Assembly (NCBI GenBank): GCA_031290195.1
Contig: JAITOA010000006.1
Span: 1 to 55,492 of the forward strand
Length of the DNA: 55,492 bases
From: Puniceicoccales bacterium
GTDB taxonomy: Bacteria; Verrucomicrobiota; Verrucomicrobiia; Opitutales; JAIRLM01
Reading direction: 5' to 3'
Shown piece by piece: positions 20,899 through 30,396 of this stretch. Every line of letters starts with the position of its first letter. Within the stretch, counting starts at the first letter, position 1. The translations under genes were made by a program, and so were the position numbers. The notes beneath the pieces were generated by a model, which did no database searches, was not told where the DNA came from, and worked only from the letters and a program-made list of their open reading frames with translations.

Positions 20899-21517
20899 TC
20901 CAATCGGCTTCCGATTGCCGGTGCGTCGAGATTGGCTCTCCCGCTGGTACGGAGATAAAAAGAATTACCCTATCTGGGTGAAGGAAGATTTTGTCATCCG
21001 CCAGTTTTTGCACAGAGAGTTGCGCTTTGCGTCCATTGCTAAGGTCTTCATCGAACGCGCCGGGGGAAAAGTTCGCATCAAGATTCACACGCCACGACCG
21101 GGTGTCGTTCTCGGACGCAAGGGGCAAGATTTGGAGCAGCTTTGTGGAAAATTGCGGACGCTGGTGGGCAAAGACACAATCATCGATGTCCAGGAAGTCA
21201 AAAAGCCGGAATTTGCGGCGAGGCTTGTCGCAGAAAATGTCGCTTCCCAATTGGAGAGACGTATTTCTTTCCGAAAAGCAATCAAAAAAGCCATTCAAAT
21301 TACCATGAGCGCAGGGGCGCAAGGAGTTAAGATTCGCTGTTCGGGACGACTCGGAGGAGCTGAAATTGCCCGTTCGGAATCACAGAGAGTCGGACGCATT
21401 CCCCTGCACACGCTACGGGAAGATATCGACTATGCGCTTATTGAGGCAAAAACTGTCTATGGAAAGATTGGCGTAAAGTGCTGGATTTGCCGTCCGCAGG
21501 AAGCAAAAATCAGCTAG
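20882..21517 (+). CDS. rpsC: 30S ribosomal protein S3
   Basis: MGQKVNPIGFRL, SGRLGGAEIAR, YGKIGVKCWI. Confidence 0.99.
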   Translation: MGQKVNPIGFRLPVRRDWLSRWYGDKKNYPIWVKEDFVIRQFLHRELRFASIAKVFIERAGGKVRIKIHTPRPGVVLGRKGQDLEQLCGKLRTLVGKDTIIDVQEVKKPEFAARLVAENVASQLERRISFRKAIKKAIQITMSAGAQGVKIRCSGRLGGAEIARSESQRVGRIPLHTLREDIDYALIEAKTVYGKIGVKCWICRPQEAKIS

Positions 21518-21540
21518 ACACAGTTGATTAGAGGAAAATC

Positions 21541-21975
21541 ATGGCTAATCTGTTACCCGCAAAGACAAAATTTCGCAAGGTGCACAAGGGTCGGAACCGG
21601 CACGACGCGAAGGGCGGTGCGGAACTGTCATTCGGCGATTTTGGAATCCAAGCCCTGAAACGGGGACTATTGAGCGCCTCTCAATTGGAAGCAGCACGTG
21701 TTGCTATCAATCGGCACCTTAAGAGAAAAGGGAAAGTTTGGATGCGCGTATTTCCGCAAAAGCCAGTAACGAAGAAGCCGGCGGAAACGCGGATGGGAAA
21801 GGGAAAGGGTGGCGTTGAGTTCTGGGCGGTGGTCGTGCGACCGGGAAATGTGCTCTTTGAAATCTCCGGCGTGTCCCCAACCCTTGCCCGTGAAGCCATG
21901 CGCCTGGCGGACGCAAAAGTCCCCTTTGGATGCCGATTTGTTTCGCGGGAAGAACTGGAGCAATTTCAAAAATGA
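21541..21975 (+). CDS. rplP: 50S ribosomal protein L16
   Basis: KFRKVHKGR and KPAETRMGKGKG. Confidence 0.99.
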   Translation: MANLLPAKTKFRKVHKGRNRHDAKGGAELSFGDFGIQALKRGLLSASQLEAARVAINRHLKRKGKVWMRVFPQKPVTKKPAETRMGKGKGGVEFWAVVVRPGNVLFEISGVSPTLAREAMRLADAKVPFGCRFVSREELEQFQK

Positions 21976-22184
21976 AAAAAATAAAGGAAATGCGAAGTGT
22001 TGACACTTCGGAAATTGTTAATTCTCTAAGGGAGAAACGGAGGGAGTTGCTGCGTTTGCATCTGCGACAGCGCATGGAAAAGGTGGAAAAAACACACCAA
22101 TTTCCATCGCTCAGGCGGGATATTGCGCGCATGGAAACTCTTCTGCGGGAACGGTCCAACGAAGGGAGGGTGTCACATGTGTGA
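21972..22184 (+). CDS. rpmC: 50S ribosomal protein L29
   Basis: LRRDIARMETLLRE; synteny. Confidence 0.94.
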   Translation: MKKIKEMRSVDTSEIVNSLREKRRELLRLHLRQRMEKVEKTHQFPSLRRDIARMETLLRERSNEGRVSHV

Positions 22185-22449
22185 CGGTGATACGAGAAAG
22201 ATCAAGCGGTCATTGGTCGGTGAGGTAACGGGCCGTCCCGGGGATAGGAGTGTAAAGGTGTCCTACTTCTACCGGGGACGACATCCTAAGTACATGAAGG
22301 AAGTGAAGCAAAAAACGGTCTTCTACGCCCACGATGAAAAAAATTCCTGTTCCGTTGGGGATACGGTGGAGATCACGGAAACGCGCCCAATCAGTAAAAT
22401 GAAGCGCTGGCGAGTGGTTTCTGTCCTACGGAAGGCTGTTTCAGCCTAA
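22177..22449 (+). CDS. rpsQ: 30S ribosomal protein S17
   Basis: [23 protein letters not shown]. Confidence 0.97.
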   Translation: MCDGDTRKIKRSLVGEVTGRPGDRSVKVSYFYRGRHPKYMKEVKQKTVFYAHDEKNSCSVGDTVEITETRPISKMKRWRVVSVLRKAVSA

Positions 22450-22459
22450 AAGGTTACCC

Positions 22460-22825
22460 ATGTTACAGCAGCAAAGTATTTTGGACGTCGCGGATAATAC
22501 GGGGGCCCGGTCGGCCATGATGATTCGGCGCCTGGGGCAGAATAAGCGAACTGCGTCCGTTGGGGATATAGTCGTTGTGACCATTAAGGATAGTATTCCA
22601 GAAGCTTCCATTAAGAAGGGGTCCGTCGTAAAGGCGGTTGTTGTGCGCACCAAGCATCAGATCCGCCGACCCGATGGAAGTTATCTGCGCTTTGATTCCA
22701 ACGCGTGTGTCATCATTGATGAGAAGGGGAACCCGAAAGGCACCCGTGTTTTCGGTCCCATTGCCCGGGAGCTGCGCCAGAAAAAGTTTTCAAAGATTGT
22801 CTCCCTGGCTCCGGAGGTCCTGTGA
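22460..22825 (+). CDS. rplN: 50S ribosomal protein L14
   Basis: [27 protein letters not shown]. Confidence 0.99.
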   Translation: MLQQQSILDVADNTGARSAMMIRRLGQNKRTASVGDIVVVTIKDSIPEASIKKGSVVKAVVVRTKHQIRRPDGSYLRFDSNACVIIDEKGNPKGTRVFGPIARELRQKKFSKIVSLAPEVL

Positions 22826-23055
22826 TGAAGATGAAGCTGAAAGTTGGCGATGAGGTTGAAGTCATTTGTGGCAATGACCGAAAGAAGCGGGGCAGTGTAA
22901 TTCGCGTTGAAAGCGAGAAATGTCGCGTCGTTGTTTCCGGGGTTTGCCTGCGGAAGAAATGCATTAAAAAATCGTCGGAGCATCAGGAAGGGGCCATCGT
23001 TGATGTGGAATTGCCGATTCACTACTCCAACGTCCGGAAGGTGTCGTCGCAGTGA
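22825..23055 (+). CDS. rplX: 50S ribosomal protein L24 (short form)
   Basis: KOW motif [11 protein letters not shown] and ELPIHYSNV; ends right after this motif. Confidence 0.95.
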   Translation: MKMKLKVGDEVEVICGNDRKKRGSVIRVESEKCRVVVSGVCLRKKCIKKSSEHQEGAIVDVELPIHYSNVRKVSSQ

Positions 23056-23172
23056 ATCTGGTAAAAAAAATAATTGACAGCCGCTGTGTTTCAGGAGATT
23101 CCTCCGCCGAGGCTTGGTCGGAGTAATCTTTGGGGTATTTTCACCGATTTTGACGTTATAAGTGGAGTTGCA

Positions 23173-23745
23173 ATGAGAAAACCGGTCCTTAGGGAACTCT
23201 ATGAGGGGAAAATTCGGGACTTGCTTCGGAAAGCTGGTTCCTATGGTAATATCCACGAAATTCCAGCCCTTCAGAAGATTGTCGTCAATTCTGCAATTAG
23301 TTCCGATGCTGAGAAGTCGTGGCCCGAAGAGGTTGCAAAGGATATTAGTCTGATCGTTGGTCAGAGACCCGTTATCATACTTACGAGGAAAAGCATTTCA
23401 AACTTCAAGCTGCGCGCCGGAGTTCCGAATGGCATCAAGGTGACCCTGCGTGGAAATAGGATGTATGAATTTTTCTACCGTCTAGTGTCCGTTGCCCTGC
23501 CTCTGATCCGTGATTTTCGCGGCTTGAGTCTCCGCCTCGACGGGAATGGCAATTACACCATGGGAATCAAAGATCACTGCATTTTTCCGGAAATAAGCAT
23601 TGACCGAGACCGCAAGGTCGTTGGCATGGACATCACGTTTGTGACAAGCGCAGGGACGGATGCGGAGGCTCAGGAACTTTTAAAACTCATGGGAATGCCA
23701 TTTATGAAACGGCAACAGGGACCGGTGGCCGTTGAAGCGGCGTAG
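23173..23745 (+). CDS. rplE: 50S ribosomal protein L5
   Basis: KIVVN, KSISNFKLR, KVTLRG, RDFRG, GMDITFVT. Confidence 0.98.
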   Translation: MRKPVLRELYEGKIRDLLRKAGSYGNIHEIPALQKIVVNSAISSDAEKSWPEEVAKDISLIVGQRPVIILTRKSISNFKLRAGVPNGIKVTLRGNRMYEFFYRLVSVALPLIRDFRGLSLRLDGNGNYTMGIKDHCIFPEISIDRDRKVVGMDITFVTSAGTDAEAQELLKLMGMPFMKRQQGPVAVEAA

Positions 23746-23757
23746 GAGGTTTGGTTT

Positions 23758-24063
23758 ATGGCGAAAAAATCATCCGTTGCGAGGAATTCTAAGCGTGCTC
23801 TTCTCGCTGTGAAATATGCTGCTCTGAGGACTAGGCTGAAGGCCGTACTGGGCAATCCGAAATCCACCGACAGAGAGTTCTTCGATGCGAGGCGGCAGCT
23901 GACGGAACTTCCAAGGAATTCGAGCCCCATTCGCGTGCGCAACCGCTGCTCCATCACCGGGCGGCCGCGGGGATTTCACGGGCGTTTCGGCGTGTCGAGG
24001 CTCGTTCTGCGGGAAATGGTGGCCGGCGGGTACATTCCCGGTGTAATGAAAAGTTCGTGGTAG
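23758..24063 (+). CDS. rpsN: 30S ribosomal protein S14 (long, Zn-independent form)
   Basis: MAKKS, PRNSSPIRVRNRCSITGRPRG, IPGVMKSSW; 101 aa with no CxxC pairs. Confidence 0.98.
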   Translation: MAKKSSVARNSKRALLAVKYAALRTRLKAVLGNPKSTDREFFDARRQLTELPRNSSPIRVRNRCSITGRPRGFHGRFGVSRLVLREMVAGGYIPGVMKSSW

Positions 24064-24076
24064 GACCGTTGGTGCT

Positions 24077-24466
24077 ATGGATACAATTGGAGATTTTTTG
24101 ACTGTCTTTCGCAACGCCGTGGGCGCGCGGAAGGCATCCTTCGAGGTGAGTTCGTCTCGTCTGCGGATTGCGCTGCTCCGCATCCTGAAGAATACGGGTT
24201 ACGTCGACAACTTTGAGGAGTTGTCCTGCTCGCGTGGACACCGGGTGGTTCGCGTTACTCTCCGCTATGTGGAGGGTACTTCATCCGTCCGCTCCGTTGT
24301 CCGCTGCAGTCGGCCGGGATGTCGCGTCTACTGTGGAGCTAGGAATGCCCCCCGCGTCCTCAATGGGCTCGGAATTTCCATCCTTTCCACCTCGAAGGGT
24401 TTGATGCGCGATGCGGAAGCTCGCCGAAAAAATCTTGGCGGAGAAATTTTGTGTAAGGTCTGGTAG
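24077..24466 (+). CDS. rpsH: 30S ribosomal protein S8
   Basis: DTIGDFLTVFRNA, SRPGCRVY, STSKG, GGEILC. Confidence 0.98.
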   Translation: MDTIGDFLTVFRNAVGARKASFEVSSSRLRIALLRILKNTGYVDNFEELSCSRGHRVVRVTLRYVEGTSSVRSVVRCSRPGCRVYCGARNAPRVLNGLGISILSTSKGLMRDAEARRKNLGGEILCKVW

Positions 24467-24474
24467 GGAAAGCT

Positions 24475-25014
24475 ATGAGTAGAGCAGAAAGAAGACCCGT
24501 CATTGTCACGGAAGGCGTCACGGTTGAAATTTCCGCTTCCACGGTTTCTGTTAGCGGTCCGAAGGGTCGTCTCGAACAAACATTTGGGAATGGAGTTCTC
24601 TTTACGCTGGACGGTAAAGAGCTGTCACTGAAGGCGACGGATGATTCGCGGCAGTCACGGGCGATGGTTGGAACGGCGCGGGCCATCATTTCTAACATGA
24701 TTACCGGAGTCGTGAGTGGATTTTCCAAGCGGTTGGAAATTGCCGGCGTCGGATTCAAGGCAATTCTCAAAAATGGCAATGCTCTGGATCTTTCACTGGG
24801 CACCTCACACCCCATTCTCTACCCCCTTCCGAATGGCATCCACGTGACAATCGCGGATGGGGTGAAATTGACCGTCGAAGGCATTGACCGGCAGAAAGTT
24901 GGACAGGTGGCGGCGGATGTTTTTGCCTTCTGCCCGGCAGAACCCTACAAGGGCAAAGGTGTTTCCATCGTCGGTAAATTTGTCAGGCGCAAGGAAGGGA
25001 AAAAGACCGCATAA
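24475..25014 (+). CDS. rplF: 50S ribosomal protein L6
   Basis: GPKG, NMITGV, EPYKGKGV, RRKEGK. Confidence 0.98.
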   Translation: MSRAERRPVIVTEGVTVEISASTVSVSGPKGRLEQTFGNGVLFTLDGKELSLKATDDSRQSRAMVGTARAIISNMITGVVSGFSKRLEIAGVGFKAILKNGNALDLSLGTSHPILYPLPNGIHVTIADGVKLTVEGIDRQKVGQVAADVFAFCPAEPYKGKGVSIVGKFVRRKEGKKTA

Positions 25015-25034
25015 ACACGGAGAAAATTGCAGCC

Positions 25035-25400
25035 ATGGATCCTATTCGTAAAATTGCACTAGCGCAGAAGCGGCGGTGGCGCGTTCGGGCGCGAGTTAAT
25101 GGAACGGCGGAACGGCCGAGGTTGAGCGTGCACTTTTCAAACAAACACATCTACGCGCAGTGCATCGACGACGAGAAGGCTGTGACGTTGGTTGCGTCGA
25201 CGTCCCTGGGAGCAAAGGAGCCGTCGAAGGTTTCCCTGCGAGCCAATGTTTCCGGAGCTAAAAATCTCGGGGATATCTTTGCCCAAAAAACCATTGCTGC
25301 CGGCATTAGACGGGTAGTTTTTGACCGAGGAGCACGGCGATACCACGGATGCGTGCGGGCGTTTGCCGATGCGGCACGGGCGGCCGGATTGGAGTTTTGA
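25035..25400 (+). CDS. rplR: 50S ribosomal protein L18
   Basis: [29 protein letters not shown]. Confidence 0.98.
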   Translation: MDPIRKIALAQKRRWRVRARVNGTAERPRLSVHFSNKHIYAQCIDDEKAVTLVASTSLGAKEPSKVSLRANVSGAKNLGDIFAQKTIAAGIRRVVFDRGARRYHGCVRAFADAARAAGLEF

Positions 25401-25404
25401 TGCT

Positions 25405-25956
25405 ATGGAAACGAAGGCAAAAAGACATTTTTCTAGGGAAAATAAGGGGTCATCCACTTCGCCGGACGCAAGGGCTTCCAGCGGTTTCGACGAGAAAGTG
25501 GTGCACATTGGCCGTTGTGCGAAGGTCGTGAAGGGTGGACGCCGGTTTAGTTTTTCAGCACTCGTCGTAGTCGGAGACCGCAATGGGAGAGTTGGAGTAG
25601 GCTATGGTCGCGCCCATGAGGTTCCGGAAGCAGTCAGAAAGGCAAACGAAAAAGCGAAGAATGGACTCATGACGTTTGAGTTGCGGGGTACGACCATCCC
25701 CCATGAAATCATTGGAATCGCGGACGGGGGGAAGGTGTTTTTAAAGCCGGCCGTCGACGGCACCGGGCTTGTGGCCGGCGGAGGTGTCCGTGCCGTACTC
25801 GAACTGGTTGGTGCTAAGAATATCCTCTCGAAATCCATGCGCTCCAGCAATCCATTGGCAACGGTCCATGCGACGATTGATGCACTAAAAAAGCTGAGAA
25901 CTGCGAAGACGGTGCGGAAACTGCGCGGACAACAGGAACGGACAAAGGAAGTTTAG
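25405..25956 (+). CDS. rpsE: 30S ribosomal protein S5
   Basis: [19 protein letters not shown] and GTGLVAGG. Confidence 0.98.
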   Translation: METKAKRHFSRENKGSSTSPDARASSGFDEKVVHIGRCAKVVKGGRRFSFSALVVVGDRNGRVGVGYGRAHEVPEAVRKANEKAKNGLMTFELRGTTIPHEIIGIADGGKVFLKPAVDGTGLVAGGGVRAVLELVGAKNILSKSMRSSNPLATVHATIDALKKLRTAKTVRKLRGQQERTKEV

Positions 25957-25960
25957 GGCC

Positions 25961-26440
25961 ATGAGATTACACACGTTAGTGCCATCGGGTAATGGCCGCA
26001 GAAAGCGGGTGGGGCGCGGCGAAAGTTCGGGTCTTGGAAGGACTTCTGGACGCGGCAATAAGGGGGCACGGTCCAGGTCCGGCTACCGCGTTTCCCCGGT
26101 TACGTCGGGAATTCCCTGGTACCGTAGACTGCCCATTCGCGGCTTTTCAAACTATAACTTTCGCCGGGAGTATGCGGAGATCACCCTTCGTCGCCTGTCG
26201 TCCCTCGTTGGGAAAGGCATCCATGAGATCGATCTGCAGGTCCTATTGGCAAATAGACTGCTGCGACCGGGAACAAAAATTTTCAAAGTAATTGGTAAGG
26301 AAGTGCTTGAAAAACCCATTCTCGTCCGCGCAGATGCCTTTTCCGCCGGTGCGGCGGCGGCCATTTGCTCGTCGGGAGGACAGGCTGTGGTTTTACATTC
26401 AAGTGGAAGTGACGGCAGCCGGAGTGTGGAAAGGAAATAG
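25961..26440 (+). CDS. rplO: 50S ribosomal protein L15
   Basis: KRVGRGESSGLGRTSGRGNKGARSRSG and RRLPIRGF. Confidence 0.97.
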   Translation: MRLHTLVPSGNGRRKRVGRGESSGLGRTSGRGNKGARSRSGYRVSPVTSGIPWYRRLPIRGFSNYNFRREYAEITLRRLSSLVGKGIHEIDLQVLLANRLLRPGTKIFKVIGKEVLEKPILVRADAFSAGAAAAICSSGGQAVVLHSSGSDGSRSVERK

Positions 26441-26443
26441 TCC

Positions 26444-27985
26444 GTGGCAGGTACCATTGCGAGTTTCTTTCAGCTTCCGGAACTCCGAAAGAGGCTGTTT
26501 TTCACCCTGGTGCTCATTTTTGTGGCGAGGATTGGTGCCAACATTCCCATCCCCGGCATGGACCCGGCTCCGCTGCGTCTCTTTTTTGCGAATCAAACGA
26601 CGGGGGGGGGCGGTGGTCTCGTTGGACTTTATAACATGTTCACCGGTGGGGCGCTGCTCAAAGGTGCCGTCTTTGGCCTTGGCATCATGCCCTACATCAG
26701 CGCCTCCATCGTCATGCAGCTGCTCACGGCCGTCCTTCCGTCCATCGCCAAACTTCAAGGCGAGGGGGATGTTGGACGCCAAAAAATTGCCCAGTACACC
26801 CGTTACCTGACCATTTTTATTTGCCTCATTCAGGGATTTTTGCTGGTGGCAGCCCTGGCCAATTATCCCGGGAAACTTTTCCCCGGATTTGACCAGCGGC
26901 AGTACGGAACAATGCTAATTGCCGGGAAGGGTTGGTTTTTTCTTTCGGGAACCGTTACCTTGACGGCCGGGACGATGATACTCATTTGGGTGGGAGACCA
27001 AATTTCCCACCGCGGCATTGGGAGCGGCATTTCACTGCTAATTGTCGTTGGTATTCTATCGTCGATGCCTCGCAGCCTGCAACAGGCGGTGCAGCTTATT
27101 TTTCACGGGGGCACTTCGTTCCGGAGCAGGGGATTGCTCGTTTTTCTAGTCATTTCAATGGTGGCGCTGCTCCTGGCGGTAATTCTCTCAATGATTGCCA
27201 TGACGCAGGGGCAGAGAAAGATTCCCGTTCAACAGGCCAAGCGGGTGATCGGAAATCGCATCTACGGTGGAAATGGAACGTTTTTACCGCTGAAGGTGAA
27301 CTACTCGGGGGTCATGCCCGTTATCTTTGCCAGCGCTCTCTTGCTTTTCCCTCAGCAAATTTTTGCGTATCTGGGAGCGGCGACGGGAGCCCATTTTTTC
27401 CAGTCGGCCGCCTACCATCTTTCCCAGGGCTCCGGTGTCTACTACGTAGTCTATGGCATTTTAATTTTTGCGTTTAGCTATCTCTGGGTGTCTCTCATGT
27501 TTCATCCGACCCAGGTTGCCGATGACCTCAAAAGGAGTGGCGGCTACATTCCAAGCATCCGTCCCGGTGCGCCGACGGCCCAATTCCTTGACTTCACCAT
27601 GACGCGACTGACCTTCGCCGGTGCAGTTTTTTTGACGGCCGTTGCTCTGCTGCCGGACTTTCTCTATTTTTCGCTGCACATACCCTATGGCGTGGCATTG
27701 TTTTTTGGGGGAACGGGTACGCTCATCACCGTTGGTGTGCTTCTCGAAGTCATGCGTCAGGTGGAAACCTTTCTCGTGCAACGCAACTACGATGGCTTTC
27801 TAAAAAAAAGACGCATACCGCAAAAATACGGAGCCCTTTCTTCAATGAGATCTTCGATGAGAATTAGCTCGGGAGTAGGTCGACCGGTGCGCATGCTGCT
27901 TGCGGCGGTGGCCGCACTCATTGCGGTTGGATTTGCCGCGTGGCTCCTAGATACGTATTTTTTCGGCGGTAGAGGAGGGTGGTAG
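26444..27985 (+). CDS. secY: preprotein translocase subunit SecY (with C-terminal extension)
   Basis: LGIMPYISASIVMQLL, GIGSGISL, GVMPVIFA, IRPG, FGGTGTLI. Confidence 0.98.
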   Translation: MAGTIASFFQLPELRKRLFFTLVLIFVARIGANIPIPGMDPAPLRLFFANQTTGGGGGLVGLYNMFTGGALLKGAVFGLGIMPYISASIVMQLLTAVLPSIAKLQGEGDVGRQKIAQYTRYLTIFICLIQGFLLVAALANYPGKLFPGFDQRQYGTMLIAGKGWFFLSGTVTLTAGTMILIWVGDQISHRGIGSGISLLIVVGILSSMPRSLQQAVQLIFHGGTSFRSRGLLVFLVISMVALLLAVILSMIAMTQGQRKIPVQQAKRVIGNRIYGGNGTFLPLKVNYSGVMPVIFASALLLFPQQIFAYLGAATGAHFFQSAAYHLSQGSGVYYVVYGILIFAFSYLWVSLMFHPTQVADDLKRSGGYIPSIRPGAPTAQFLDFTMTRLTFAGAVFLTAVALLPDFLYFSLHIPYGVALFFGGTGTLITVGVLLEVMRQVETFLVQRNYDGFLKKRRIPQKYGALSSMRSSMRISSGVGRPVRMLLAAVAALIAVGFAAWLLDTYFFGGRGGW

Positions 27986-28755
27986 CCGTGATCCCCATTA
28001 AAACACCCGCCGAAATCGCCACGATGCGCATTGGCGGACAAATAACAGCGGCGGTACTTGGAGTAATGTGTTCCGCGGCAGCGGAAGGAGTTTCGACCTG
28101 GGACCTGGACCAAATCTGCGCCATTGAACTTGCGGCCCGCGGAGCAAAGAGTGCCTGCTTCGGCTATTCGGGTAAGCAATGTCCGTTCCCGGCGCAAATT
28201 TGCATATCCATTAACGATGAGGTTGTGCACGGCATTCCTTCGAAGCAGAAATTTTTAAAGGCAGGGGATATCGTGAGTTTTGATCTAGTGGCAAGTTACG
28301 ACGGCCTCATGACCGATTCTACGCGCACCGTTATCGTCGGACAAACTTCTCCGGAAGCCGAGCAACTGGTTCGCCAGACGGAGCTGGCCCTTTTCGCGGG
28401 AATTGCCAAGGCGCTGGACGGAGGCCATATCGGGGATATTTCCTTTGCCATCGAATCGCACGCAAAAAAATTTAAACTGGGCATAGTCCGGGAACTGGTT
28501 GGCCATGGCATCGGACGGGATATGCATGAGGATCCTAGAATTCCAAACTGGGGACGGAGGGGACAGGGACCAAAACTCAAGGCAGGGATGACCTTAGCCA
28601 TTGAACCCATGCTGATGCTGGGATCCGAAACACTGAATTTTGACAACGACGGGTGGACCGTGCGGACGGCGGACGGCAAATGGGCCGCCCACTGGGAGCA
28701 CACAGTTCTTGTTACAAAAAATGCGCCGGAAATCTTGACAGTGCTAAAAAAATAG
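27979..28755 (+). CDS. map: methionine aminopeptidase type I
   Basis: SINDEVVHGIP, GHGIG, HEDP, AIEPM, AHWEHT. Confidence 0.98.
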   Translation: MVAVIPIKTPAEIATMRIGGQITAAVLGVMCSAAAEGVSTWDLDQICAIELAARGAKSACFGYSGKQCPFPAQICISINDEVVHGIPSKQKFLKAGDIVSFDLVASYDGLMTDSTRTVIVGQTSPEAEQLVRQTELALFAGIAKALDGGHIGDISFAIESHAKKFKLGIVRELVGHGIGRDMHEDPRIPNWGRRGQGPKLKAGMTLAIEPMLMLGSETLNFDNDGWTVRTADGKWAAHWEHTVLVTKNAPEILTVLKK

Positions 28756-28815
28756 TTTCTGAAGGGAGCAGGTGATTAATTGACGGGCGAATGAAGAAGG
28801 AGTTAGGTGGGGATT

Positions 28816-29193
28816 ATGCCTCGAGTTTTCGGAATTGACATACCAAGTAGGAAGAAAGTGGCCTTTGCTCTGCGTTACATCTATGGCATTGGACCGACGC
28901 GGGCAAATGTCATCGTTGCCGAAGCGAAATTTCCAGAAAACATGCGATCCGATGCGCTGACGGAATTGGATGTTAATAGGATTATGGCAATTTGTGTCGA
29001 AAAAGGCTTTAAAGTGGAAGGGGACCTGCGCCGGGAAGTTGTTGCGGACATTAAACGTTTGCAAAACATTCGCTGCTACAGGGGAATACGCCACTACAAA
29101 GGTCTTCCGGTACGGGGTCAGCGCACGTCAACCAACGCAAGAACGCGAAAAGGCGCTCGAAAAACAATTGGCGTCATTCGGAAAAAGGACTAG
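28816..29193 (+). CDS. rpsM: 30S ribosomal protein S13
   Basis: [29 protein letters not shown]. Confidence 0.99.
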   Translation: MPRVFGIDIPSRKKVAFALRYIYGIGPTRANVIVAEAKFPENMRSDALTELDVNRIMAICVEKGFKVEGDLRREVVADIKRLQNIRCYRGIRHYKGLPVRGQRTSTNARTRKGARKTIGVIRKKD

Positions 29194-29221
29194 GGCGTCG
29201 GCGATTTAGGAAAGTACCTCC

Positions 29222-29755
29222 ATGAAAGATTTGGAAGATAAGAGTTCTGTGCCTTCGAATGCATCGAAGACCCCGGAAGACGGTGCGGTGGAAGAGACCG
29301 CAGAAAAGGTCAATGATGTGGTACGGCCGCAGCATCTGACGGCAGCGGAGCTGCTGCAGGGAGATCTCGGCTCCGAGGTGAAAATTCGCCGGGCGAAAAA
29401 GAGTAAAAATGTGACGGTGGGCATCTGCCATATCCTTGCAAGTTTCAACAATACGAAAATTTCTATTTCGGATTGCAACGGAGCAACGATTTCCTGGTCC
29501 AGTGCCGGGAAAAATAGCTTTCGCGGATCTCGCAAGTCGACCGCCTACGCGGCCCAGGTGGCGGTCCAGGATGCAGCCCGGGCGGCCATGGCCCATGGTC
29601 TGAAAGAAGTGAAAGTGCAGGTCAAAGGACCGGGCCCGGGACGCGATGCGGCGGTACGGGCATTGCAGACGGTTGGCCTGCAAGTGAACAGCATTACCGA
29701 CGTCACGCCAATTCCCCACAATGGTTGCCGGCCGAAGAGGCCGCGGCGAGCCTAG
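29222..29755 (+). CDS. rpsK: 30S ribosomal protein S11 (N-terminally extended)
   Basis: [31 protein letters not shown]. Confidence 0.98.
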   Translation: MKDLEDKSSVPSNASKTPEDGAVEETAEKVNDVVRPQHLTAAELLQGDLGSEVKIRRAKKSKNVTVGICHILASFNNTKISISDCNGATISWSSAGKNSFRGSRKSTAYAAQVAVQDAARAAMAHGLKEVKVQVKGPGPGRDAAVRALQTVGLQVNSITDVTPIPHNGCRPKRPRRA

Positions 29756-29787
29756 GGGAAACACAACTTTGAAACGGAAAGAAGAAA

Positions 29788-30396
29788 ATGTCGCGCTATA
29801 CAGGTCCAAAAACTCGCATTAACCGTCGATTTGGTTTGGCACTTTTCCCACCCAACAAGGCGTTCGAACGTCGGGCTTACCTTCCCGGAATTCACGGCCG
29901 ACGTCTCCGCAGGAAGGTGACGGATTATGGGATTGGGCTCAATGAGAAACAGAAGGCTCGCATGCTCTACGGACTCACGGAGAAACAGTTTCGATTGGTT
30001 TTTGAAAGGGCTAAGCGGGCGAAGGGAATTACCGGCAGCGTGTTTTTGCAGATGCTTGAAATGCGCCTGGATAGCATCGTCTACCTCTGTGGATTTGCGA
30101 GAACACGCAGGGCCGCTCGGCAGATGGTTAACCATGGTCACGTGCACGTGAATGGACACAGGGTCGACATTGCAAGCTACCTTTGCAGGGCCAGTGACGC
30201 CGTGGCAGTGCATCAAATCGATTCCTCCCGACACCTTGTCATGCGCAGTTTGGAAGATTCCCGCTATCGGACGGTTCCACCCTGGCTTCAGACAGATTCC
30301 AGTGCCCTATCTTGCATGGTCAATCGTGCGCCGACCAGAGAAGAAATTAGCCACAACATCAATGAGCAGATCATTGTCGAATTCTATAGCCGCTAA
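29788..30396 (+). CDS. rpsD: 30S ribosomal protein S4
   Basis: RYTGPK, LNEKQK, LEMRLD, ARQMVNHGH, IVEFYSR; no Zn-binding Cys cluster. Confidence 0.98.
   Translation: MSRYTGPKTRINRRFGLALFPPNKAFERRAYLPGIHGRRLRRKVTDYGIGLNEKQKARMLYGLTEKQFRLVFERAKRAKGITGSVFLQMLEMRLDSIVYLCGFARTRRAARQMVNHGHVHVNGHRVDIASYLCRASDAVAVHQIDSSRHLVMRSLEDSRYRTVPPWLQTDSSALSCMVNRAPTREEISHNINEQIIVEFYSR

Noticed and set aside
26602-26611. G homopolymer in secY as a phase-variation tract
   Set aside because: It encodes an in-frame Gly run in an essential gene, and the frame is intact.
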